From positions 112,483 to 176,482 of the forward strand of contig JBLKOK010000002.1 in assembly GCA_047602735.1 (NCBI GenBank): a stretch of DNA of 64,000 nt. The letters are read 5' to 3'. The notes beneath the pieces were generated by a model that saw only the letters and a program-made list of their open reading frames with translations, ran no database searches and had not been told where the DNA came from. This document shows, in pieces, positions 28,601 through 35,388 of the stretch; the stretch's first letter is position 1; every line of letters begins with the position of its first letter. The DNA is from Candidatus Woesearchaeota archaeon. GTDB taxonomy: Archaea; Nanobdellota; Nanobdellia; Woesearchaeales; 21-14-0-10-32-9. The position numbers were made by a program, and so were the translations under genes.

Positions 28601-31600
28601 ATTGGAAATTGATTATAGGTTCTATTAACGTCATAATAAATAAAGATGAATCGTATAAAAATTCAACGCTTGGAGAACTAGACGATCTTTGACAATTAAC
28701 AGTTAAAGTATAATTGCCATCTTCGATACCTGTTATGATAGCTGTATGTTGCGTGGAACCTTGTTGTGTTCTGTTTATAGGTATTAAGTCTAATTCTTGT
28801 CCACCTAAATTATATGTACAAAGGTCTGGTATTTGAGTTGTTACATTTATTCTTATTGGTAAGCTTGAAAATATTTGATTGTCAAAAGGAGAAATTATTG
28901 TTGGTAAAGATTCATTTGTTAAATTTACATCCACTATTAATATTTCTGAAGATGAAACGTCTGCTAAGTTTGTACAAGTAACATTAAATACGTACTCATC
29001 AAAAATATTTAAAAGGGAATTTATATAAATATTAGTCCTTAGATTCCTTGTGAAAAATTGGTCAGCGTTAGAAATGTTTTGTCTATTAAAATCATTTCTA
29101 AATACACTATCAATGTTTATTGGTTTGCCTTCTATTAGTTCTATATCACAAATAGATCTTTGATTTGTGAGTCCTTGTATTATGCTCACTCTTTCATTTA
29201 TGTACCTTACAGGATTAGGATTTGAAGATAAATTTATTTGAGGACTTCCTGTTACTCTTCCAAGCGATAAGAGTTTATAGCCATATTCATTTGCAGATAG
29301 TTGTACTCCTTCATCTACTAATGGCTTACAAATAATATAAACTGGCCTAAAAATATCTTCTTCTAAGGTACCAAATAATGTTGGTAAAGATATGTTGTTT
29401 AATGTATGATTTAAATTATTTGTTGTATTGAAACGTCTTTCGGTGAAAATATTGTCATATGAATCAATTATGTTATTTGATGGCTGAACAGTTGTAAATC
29501 CACATGTTGCTTGAATAGATGTGTTAATTGTTAATTCTTCTAATGTATTTGATGTTGACATAACAAAGTCTTGGTTGTCCACTCTGCTGTGTTTTGGAGT
29601 AACTACACCTATATCTGGAGCTGGAGCTCTTATTATAAATCTTAAATTAATTACTTGATTTACATCCCAGTTATTTGTTGCGTTTATAACTATGTTATAA
29701 AGTCCATTTGGTAACATATTTGTTTGGTAAACATAATCACTAGTCAAGTTATTCTGTGAAATATTATTTAAGGGAATAGAAGTATTAGTGTTTGAATAAA
29801 ACATCTCTACACTAGGTGTGATGTTTGCAGTTGAATAATTTATGGTTAAAACTTGAGTTCTTATTTCTCTTTGATCGCGTAAATTAACATCACAATTTAT
29901 ATCTCCTGTTTCTCTGTCTGGTCTGCACATATTTAAAAGTATGTTCGGGCAACTTGTTTTTTCATCACAAAGAGATATTTGTGGAAGCGTAAAAGTAGTG
30001 TTTCTGACAAGAAGTGGAATACTAAAATTATCTTTATTTCCACCTCTATCCATTGTGCTTATGTTTAAATAAAGTGGCAGGTCTTCTGGTTTTTCAGGAG
30101 GGAGCACTGTTATTAATTCTACTCTATCAAAAGTTCCTTGTGTTTGACCCATTATAGAATAGTTTGTTTGTCCACAACCAAATACCAAAGGTCTGTCTCC
30201 TGGGATAAGTGATTGTCTGGGGTTTGTTGGTTCATCTTCACATCGCAATGAAAGTCTTAATTCATTATTTACAGTTTCATTTCCAGTATAAGCAGAATTA
30301 TTGTTTCTCATATTTAATACACTTATCCTAGGAGGAGATTCGTCAACTGCAAAAGTTTGAATTTGACCACCAGAACCAAATAAATAACTACCCGCATACA
30401 TACACACATTATGTACTCTATAAGCACCTTCCTCTAAACCAGTTAGAGTAGCACTATGTTGGGTACCATTAGTAATATCATATTCAACCCACCCCCTATC
30501 CGCATGAACTAAATAATCTGTGAAAAAAGGATCCTGTTGCATTCTAGGAGTGTATAAACTAGTTTGATTTGGAGGAATATATGCTTGATCTAAAGTATAA
30601 TAACAAGTAGCATTCATAAGAGATTGCATAGATATAGTTATTTCATCATGTTGTCTATAAACATCTCTTCTAGGCGTAAAATTAAACAATCTATTATCAG
30701 TATTTACCCTTATTGATGAAGAACCCCTAGGAGATCTTTGTAAATGATTATCTAAACAATCATATGTAAATAAATAAAAACCGTCAGGAACAATTCTTGT
30801 AAAAAATGCATCAAAATTAATTATTTTAGATTCATTAAATAATGTATTTCCACTAGACCTAAGTTGTACATCACAACTAGAATGCCACGTAGTATACCGA
30901 AAAGTTGCACGTAGAGATATATCTAAGTTTGATTCAGAACCTCCTAAACTTATTCCATCACCAGTGCCTACCCTGGCATCAGGAACAATTGATCCGTTAA
31001 CACAATAAGTTCCATGAATAGTATTAGTTGGGGATAAATCTACATTATAATTATAAAATGTAACTGAAAATTTATTGTACTTAATTATATCTCCAAAAAA
31101 TCCTCTTCTGGCATTATTACACAACATAGGATCACTAGTCCTATCACAACTATGTGGATCTATTGGTCCTTTATAAAAATCATCATCTACACAGTCTAAC
31201 CCATGCGTAGACGCATGTCTTCCAGCAATGAATCCTGCAGGCGTATGAAAAGGAGCTTCGTCTTCTGCATTTTTATACCATAAATTTTGCATGTCCCGCA
31301 TATTAGCATTAGGACCTTTATTATTGACTTTATATACAAAATGACCCCAACCTTGATTATCAAAATCTTCTTTTTTTATTTGATCAGGATTCACAAGTTC
31401 AAAATTATTTATAGTATCAGCTTGAACTAATATGACATGAGAAATTTCTCCTCTATCATTCGTAAATGTGTAAGTTATATCATCAGCAGTATAAACAAGA
31501 CCCTCTGGATGATCAGAAGTGAATATTCTTATATCCTTAGGTTCCATATCTAAAAATATGAATGCCGCTTCCATTGGTTGTGCTGATATTTGAGCAGGCA

Positions 31601-31670
31601 GAGTTAGAACTAACAAAACTAAATATAGTGATACTAAAATACTTTTTTTATTATTAAAATCAATCTCCAT
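22590..31670 (-). CDS. Giant (3026 aa) type I membrane-anchored surface protein with repeated Cys-pair beta-sandwich-like modules, a Cys-rich stalk, a TM anchor and a Lys-rich cytoplasmic tail
   Basis: Uninterrupted 9-kb ORF with signal peptide SILVSLYLVLLVLTLPAQISAQP. Six copies of a C-x(40-70)-C module ending ..H(T/S)..(L/I)..L..G.Y.(I/L/V)...C lie at about aa 356, 951, 1489, 1822, 2149 and 2465. They are interleaved with TPPNI-type linkers. Very many N-x-S/T sequons. Cys-rich module at nt about 23283-23498, TM helix ILSIILLFLSLILIIVGGGLIYY at nt 23151-23219, and a 186-aa Lys-rich tail. Confidence 0.85.
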   Translation of the reverse strand: MEIDFNNKKSILVSLYLVLLVLTLPAQISAQPMEAAFIFLDMEPKDIRIFTSDHPEGLVYTADDITYTFTNDRGEISHVILVQADTINNFELVNPDQIKKEDFDNQGWGHFVYKVNNKGPNANMRDMQNLWYKNAEDEAPFHTPAGFIAGRHASTHGLDCVDDDFYKGPIDPHSCDRTSDPMLCNNARRGFFGDIIKYNKFSVTFYNYNVDLSPTNTIHGTYCVNGSIVPDARVGTGDGISLGGSESNLDISLRATFRYTTWHSSCDVQLRSSGNTLFNESKIINFDAFFTRIVPDGFYLFTYDCLDNHLQRSPRGSSSIRVNTDNRLFNFTPRRDVYRQHDEITISMQSLMNATCYYTLDQAYIPPNQTSLYTPRMQQDPFFTDYLVHADRGWVEYDITNGTQHSATLTGLEEGAYRVHNVCMYAGSYLFGSGGQIQTFAVDESPPRISVLNMRNNNSAYTGNETVNNELRLSLRCEDEPTNPRQSLIPGDRPLVFGCGQTNYSIMGQTQGTFDRVELITVLPPEKPEDLPLYLNISTMDRGGNKDNFSIPLLVRNTTFTLPQISLCDEKTSCPNILLNMCRPDRETGDINCDVNLRDQREIRTQVLTINYSTANITPSVEMFYSNTNTSIPLNNISQNNLTSDYVYQTNMLPNGLYNIVINATNNWDVNQVINLRFIIRAPAPDIGVVTPKHSRVDNQDFVMSTSNTLEELTINTSIQATCGFTTVQPSNNIIDSYDNIFTERRFNTTNNLNHTLNNISLPTLFGTLEEDIFRPVYIICKPLVDEGVQLSANEYGYKLLSLGRVTGSPQINLSSNPNPVRYINERVSIIQGLTNQRSICDIELIEGKPINIDSVFRNDFNRQNISNADQFFTRNLRTNIYINSLLNIFDEYVFNVTCTNLADVSSSEILIVDVNLTNESLPTIISPFDNQIFSSLPIRINVTTQIPDLCTYNLGGQELDLIPINRTQQGSTQHTAIITGIEDGNYTLTVNCQRSSSSPSVEFLYDSSLFIMTLIEPIINFQSQEIAYGNSDNFRLAIQADKEFHECKFGVGVVTSQAQEDLKNIFETANLTSFSKNGLVMYDNSFSVRDLYDDYLGDGSDNPLFKEIDVICFERDKYQFQRFWVGSDRTQPIFEKIYDDKSLIETQNLTSPLRINIETDDLSICKVEGINLDSYDYTSTNQTYTKNNLLVINSDQDLSHLNSKFLEINVSCENLAGHKNNTVHKIPINLGIIIRITNPQHQLIENPNFAVSNSPQLNMQIKTDVEDVLCGLINNEIDFNDLNKTYNDILNDFRFSPINSSDHEIQLNLPDQQFTDGNLQNWNIFCIDQNNESTFGFKPILLGYITTPPNISLVSNPNPILRVRHPISQMILNSNQDVICQELELSLEDNRQVNFDQSSFNPQTNSYQGFKKQMSSRARFINTSVNEPETYDIKTVCYNLASLNQTHNVIVNVSLTNQQIINIIQPANVVYAFGQIPVNITTLLPATCKLKITNQDSNVSTTLMLQNINKLTHYSNSLSLNNEALYSLDFDCKNEDDQIRFNKDVTIEVREFGPPAITVISPQNNRVRSSNFGFSDNSSFNLVLESRDEGICRYIINTDHVILNPQDQNQLEDRYNAWTANQFSFSETQLTQTLSINMLNNTRISGGTYNLSGGGERNEVFRNMHVICSDDDQYRYTRIYLGADITPPNIEIELSDEIVKNSQDASSEIRIISDDFALCTISQTSGPNISSITKYHDGYEFKNVYDFSRTFDSIIRFAQDNSDHEFDVTCENAAGRTTTETITIRTEFVEQQINIIKPTPNQYVFSDQLDIEVNTILRDKCEYSYARIDTPTVQWSNFRVLQTIRPNNFNHTTTISGLSSGSYELRVRCGISGFDEEIQRFVVDTSPFSVRVHSPRPPLSQEPYPFAYSDKKEFDLSIRVGPINVTNNCAYGFNNNLNTQSSNEQLQQAFNSFTEFNTFNPQQSILTANNFDLTSIYPTYGFSGQEYDFLPIQIICRELENQTKFYFGEIKVGADTTPPNINITSSISEYTNRNGIQQTIYVETDDRTTCNLEADFEGLTIISQQPYNIVDGFRQNHEFEINYQGSLDEIENITFTATCKNRARLEAVNQSSFQKNILPQKITLSSPIGRIRTQNVNIYATTRHPDTCTYNIEGNTSRTGNLQRLNSGKEHRTTVNNLPEGYYNITINCAQDNKSISNEFSVILGDVDIWVSSPVTGIEEKPLIAVSNQQEFDLTLTSSRPSECKYSFVPGFRNQLNSEGINQTFSSSNNLNDFDQSTQNTFTISNLDLQNHRTGYSYDGSYVEMHVVCKETGTEDYIYEQIMLASNIEELQITQTQLNPRTIIDPSNKISVLQIETNQKAICWATTTSNLDVQIQKSDKNQFNSSDNYSSINTNNIRILGNDDKATIPITIVCEDLTSRQKIVNETLKLEITRDSRPRIIKPQDVVGEQPVQIEVQTTIVDTCTFDLKTLATNEIALNQPLQRSQNGLTHTASRSLAEGNYEISVKCDWIGYDVTKEFEVSRVKPSNVTMTAHEYTCSLSSFEIELDATEVTSGINRYEYEFSIGNNKTEGQTTSSTLRIPLNEQHDGAQLDVSVRAVSNAGIRGDFTSRKFLISNSSIVQCDVIPPRALLQINPDPINSLYYNLTVDCVDNRACRESFRYSIHPNTSEECSFNDAKKLNTTIKLEKTAKFCYAVYDFNDNNDTKSQIFTIRPSSSTPSTDSCFNELGIQVVCGGDCPTCEIGRPCTSDDQCISGNCENGMCAAGCIDCMKETNTCQLNSDCEQGELCIGGSCRPEVEKEITDRTISQDPEEESSILSIILLFLSLILIIVGGGLIYYDDYLKKNKGSTSNNYFGAPSPNTNKQDQAQSFRSQIPELLNVKTHDTNQDIRREEDVKKKQSVDRLKKELAKMKIKKRAANRNKIFDEFDDSPLIKSSPKPIIKKTKITKKPQSKTSTTSKTTKQEEVKKTKLDNKKDNSDNLKTQADKDTKSKKPEPKNTNTKKPEEEESYLDKLRKIAENKDDD

Positions 31671-31685
31671 TTAAATACTAAACTC

Positions 31686-31743
31686 TTTTTTTTACTCGAT
31701 GCATCCTCTTTTATTTTTTATTATTTTCTTTATAAATCTTTTG
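31686..31743 (-). promoter_or_regulatory. Copy 1 of a duplicated 58-nt promoter/leader element (TATA box TTTATAAA + GATGCATC palindrome) upstream of the 3026-aa gene
   Basis: Gene-strand sequence CAAAAGATTTATAAAGAAAATAATAAAAAATAAAAGAGGATGCATCGAGTAAAAAAAA. It matches 35293-35350 at 56 of 58 positions by my manual alignment. Confidence 0.6.
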
Positions 31744-31761
31744 AATGAAATATAACGTTAA

Positions 31762-34700
31762 CTAACCTTTAGACGGAGTTACAAAACCCGTTTGATGAAC
31801 CCAATTAGTTCTAGTTATGCCAGGTATATTCCTATACGATACAGGAGGATGGGTGTCTCTTTCTATTCCACTTCCCCAACATCCATGGGCTCCTTCCCTT
31901 ATACCAATATAATTTCCTTGCCAATCTTGATTATTAAGCTCATAGAACGCGCCATGTTCAGGAGTTTGATGGTCTTGTCCTGGCTCTATTAAAGATATTT
32001 GTAATTTTCCTGAATTTGAATAACTCAAACTAAGTCCTCCTTGACCCCCAACAGGAATATTTTGATCGTGTCTTGGGAAAGCAGTATAGTCTGTGAAACA
32101 AAAGTTAAATCCAAATCTTGACAACATATATCCTGTTCCATAATCAGGATTTAATAAATTTGCAGCAGTTAATTCTCTAAAATCAATGTCTTGATCTCTT
32201 GGAAATATTTTATAATGGAAAAACCCATAACCATCACCTACATGATTATTATTCCTTACTTGGCTTTCCACGAAATCTATTGATGTTAAAGGATATGGTA
32301 CATTTACTAATATTCCTCTATTCTCTCCTACACTTACATCCCAATCATCTGGGTTGTTAAAGTTTTTAGTAGCTAAATTAATTGTTCTGCCATTCAATAT
32401 TATATCTACAGGTACAGTGTCAGGGAACACACTTGGATTTCTAAGGAATAAAACTAGTACTTCAACTTCTTCACTTACAGGTGTTGTAGGTAAAGGTCTT
32501 CCAGAAGCTCCAGTTCTAAAATTAGTAGGTTGTGATGTTCTAGTGGCCGCAGGAGCATTAGTTACGTAAGGATTCCATAAGGTTAATATTAAGTTTGTTA
32601 AAAGTCCACCCGAGACTTCAACCACGTGATCAAACGTTGCACTTCTTATATCTAATTCAGGTAATAAATTAATCGTTACTGATCTTATTTCTTCATAATT
32701 ATTAGCAGGATCAACAGAATAATAATTTATAGTCATAGTACCTGGAGCCTCAAAGTTTTCTTGTAATCTTTGTTTAAATTCTTGCTCATTCAAAGAAGGA
32801 TAAACATTATTACCTATTGAAAAAAAGGTTTGTATTTCTGAATCTTCATACATATTATCTAGTACTTGTACGTTTATTGTTTTTAGTTGTTCAAGAGAAT
32901 AGTATCTTCCCCCTCTTAGCTCTTCAACATCCATATCATATAAGTATCCTTGTGTTTTGACAGTAATTATTGTTTGTGGCGGTTCAAAATCGGTGAGGCA
33001 TCTTAAATCGTTTCGTCTATCAGAACAATCTGCTATACTGTTTACTTGAGGAATGTTGTTATTGTTATATGAAAATGTTTCGTTATGCATACTATTTGAA
33101 TCTTTTACACACAAACCAGGTATATTTCCACTAGGATAATCTAACCAAACACAAGTACCCTCTATAGCATTGTTTGGAGGATTCAAAACTTCGTGTTCTC
33201 CACCAACATTGTTACCTTGTTCGTCGTATTCTATGTCTATCAAAAAATTAGATCCTCCTGCACCTAAGCATTCTTCTTCTGTTTTAAAAAATTCACATAT
33301 TACTTGATCTCTATTTAAACAAGAGCCGTCATTAACATCTAAGTAGTCTCTATTTAATGGATGTAAATCATCCGTGCTAAAAAAAGTACAATGTTCACTT
33401 GAAAAAGCAAGACATACTTCTTCTGAACAACCAAGCGGATGATCTTGACATGAGTTACAATCTAAATCCTCTAAATCAAACGTATATGTACAAACACCTA
33501 TTCCTGTATCACTATCTAAATTATTCCACTCACAATCTTGCGCCATTTGAACCCCACAAGGATTGCCAATACATGTATCTTGTGTTAAATAACTATGACA
33601 ATTTCTAACAGCACTACATTCTTTTGATTCACCAACAGCAGAGAAAGATCTAGAGAAATCTTCTTTGTAACAAATTCCTTGATCAAATAATAGCCCACAA
33701 TCACTAATAGCGTTGTTTGTCCAAGTAAATAGTCCAAAAACTCCTCCACATTTATCACATGTGACTGTTGTTTCAGGTATACATCTTGCTTGACCTCTAA
33801 AGTCAGGACCTACACACCTATCACACTGAACTATTGTTGGTTGGCCATCATTACAAGTTACAAGTCCATCTTCAGAACAAAAACTATTTCCGTCAGGAAT
33901 ATTTCTACAAAGAGGATTAATAACATTCAAGCATTCTTGTTGAGACCTTATAGGTCTTCCATTTGATAATTGCGCAGTTACAGTATAACAAATTCTACCT
34001 GTATCTGTTTGAGGTACAGATTCATCCGTATAAGTATTCCTATTTGCTCCAAAGTTCCACTCTGTAGGAGCTGGTGAATTACGTCTTACTGTAAATCCGT
34101 TACGAGCACAAGCAGGACTAATCTCCCAGTTTAGTATAACTCCGTCATTATTTGGTGTATATTCTAGTCTAAGTCTTATATCTCCATCTGTACATTCCTC
34201 CCTACAAGCAGGAGAGTTAGCACACCCCGGACAATCTTCACACATATTTGAAGTACACCCAAGAATATTATCAGGACAATCAAAACAGTTTGGTACAAAT
34301 TGACATTCATTATAACAATTTAGTTCTCCACCCGCGCTGTATCCTAAAGCTGCACAACTATCTGCTCCAAAAAATGATTGGCCATTAACTATAAGACACT
34401 CATCGAGAGCTAAATTATTTGGGTCTGAAGGACAATTATTAGATTCTGGTTCTTGTGGAGGAACACATTGGCCATCTGGATTACAAATAAAACCTCCTGG
34501 GCAATCAAAATCACTCTGACACGGCCCTGTCTCTTCTGGAGGATCAACGCACTTATCATCTTCACAGCGATACTCACAAGGCACAGTTGTTTGATATATA
34601 GAAGGTTCAGAACATTGAGCATTTATACAAACACTTTGAGTTCTTAATGTTGTAAGATAATATTCACCATCACAAAAAATAGTTGTTGTATCCTCACACT

Positions 34701-35262
34701 CAGGATCACAAGTACTCGGTTCAGGGTCTTGTGAAGGATCAAAACAAGCATTATTTGAACATATAAGACCATCTTGACAATCATCATTAACCTGACATTC
34801 ATCCCCTGCTTCACCAGTCGGAGTCCTAGTACAGCTGTTAAATACTAAATTTATTTGTGTTGACTGAGCGAATGTTTCTACTCTATTCAATATACAAGTA
34901 TGAGTATCATTTTGAGAAGTAGCATTTATTTCATAGCTAACATCTTTTCTTACAGATACTGAAAAATTCCCAGAACTATTTGTTGTTATTGAATGAGATA
35001 AATCCGAGGAGTTATGAAAAAGTATGTTTATATTTTCATTAGGACCTCCTGTAAGTCCTCCAGATATTGTTATAGCGTCATCACCAAGATATTGACATTC
35101 CTCAATAGACTCTACCGGATCTAAACCGCCCAAGCACTCACCATCAATTGCTTCTTGCACCCCATCTGCATAACAACACCAAAAAGGTTGAGATGTGGTT
35201 ATTGGTAGTGTGAAAACTAGAAAGAATACTAATAGAAATAAAATCAATAATTTTTTATTCAT
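31762..35262 (-). CDS. Large (1166 aa) secreted cysteine-rich protein with Cys-knot repeats and an FN3-like module
   Basis: The ATG at 35262 gives MNKKLLILFLLVFFLVFTLPITTSQP (Sec-type signal). Repeats GDECQVNDDCQDGLICSNNACF and GPCQSDFDCPGGFICNPDGQCV, dozens of further Cys, and an FN3-like segment RLEYTPNNDGVILNWEI..YTDESV..ICYTVTAQ. No C-terminal TM. Confidence 0.8.
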   Translation of the reverse strand: MNKKLLILFLLVFFLVFTLPITTSQPFWCCYADGVQEAIDGECLGGLDPVESIEECQYLGDDAITISGGLTGGPNENINILFHNSSDLSHSITTNSSGNFSVSVRKDVSYEINATSQNDTHTCILNRVETFAQSTQINLVFNSCTRTPTGEAGDECQVNDDCQDGLICSNNACFDPSQDPEPSTCDPECEDTTTIFCDGEYYLTTLRTQSVCINAQCSEPSIYQTTVPCEYRCEDDKCVDPPEETGPCQSDFDCPGGFICNPDGQCVPPQEPESNNCPSDPNNLALDECLIVNGQSFFGADSCAALGYSAGGELNCYNECQFVPNCFDCPDNILGCTSNMCEDCPGCANSPACREECTDGDIRLRLEYTPNNDGVILNWEISPACARNGFTVRRNSPAPTEWNFGANRNTYTDESVPQTDTGRICYTVTAQLSNGRPIRSQQECLNVINPLCRNIPDGNSFCSEDGLVTCNDGQPTIVQCDRCVGPDFRGQARCIPETTVTCDKCGGVFGLFTWTNNAISDCGLLFDQGICYKEDFSRSFSAVGESKECSAVRNCHSYLTQDTCIGNPCGVQMAQDCEWNNLDSDTGIGVCTYTFDLEDLDCNSCQDHPLGCSEEVCLAFSSEHCTFFSTDDLHPLNRDYLDVNDGSCLNRDQVICEFFKTEEECLGAGGSNFLIDIEYDEQGNNVGGEHEVLNPPNNAIEGTCVWLDYPSGNIPGLCVKDSNSMHNETFSYNNNNIPQVNSIADCSDRRNDLRCLTDFEPPQTIITVKTQGYLYDMDVEELRGGRYYSLEQLKTINVQVLDNMYEDSEIQTFFSIGNNVYPSLNEQEFKQRLQENFEAPGTMTINYYSVDPANNYEEIRSVTINLLPELDIRSATFDHVVEVSGGLLTNLILTLWNPYVTNAPAATRTSQPTNFRTGASGRPLPTTPVSEEVEVLVLFLRNPSVFPDTVPVDIILNGRTINLATKNFNNPDDWDVSVGENRGILVNVPYPLTSIDFVESQVRNNNHVGDGYGFFHYKIFPRDQDIDFRELTAANLLNPDYGTGYMLSRFGFNFCFTDYTAFPRHDQNIPVGGQGGLSLSYSNSGKLQISLIEPGQDHQTPEHGAFYELNNQDWQGNYIGIREGAHGCWGSGIERDTHPPVSYRNIPGITRTNWVHQTGFVTPSKG

Positions 35263-35292
35263 GACACTACTCCCCACTCATTACTAAACATG

Positions 35293-35350
35293 TTTTTTTT
35301 AGTCGATGCATCCTCTTTTATTCTTTATTATTTTCTTTATAAATCTTTTG
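35293..35350 (-). promoter_or_regulatory. Copy 2 of the duplicated 58-nt promoter/leader element, upstream of the 1166-aa gene
   Basis: Gene-strand sequence CAAAAGATTTATAAAGAAAATAATAAAGAATAAAAGAGGATGCATCGACTAAAAAAAA. Same TATA box and GATGCATC palindrome as copy 1. Confidence 0.6.
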
Positions 35351-35388
35351 GCTAAACTAGCAAAACAAATATTATCAAAAAAATATAA

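Noticed and set aside
19342-31670. A diversity-generating retroelement acting on the variable mini-pilins or the repeat protein
   Set aside because: The window has no reverse transcriptase gene and no template/variable repeat pair with adenine-specific mismatches. The paralogs differ by ordinary substitutions and indels.
34410-34622. Same-strand 70-aa ORF nested out of frame in the 1166-aa gene, and similarly 42275-42463 inside the 1673-aa gene
   Set aside because: They sit fully inside much longer uninterrupted ORFs. There is no independent start context or recognisable product.
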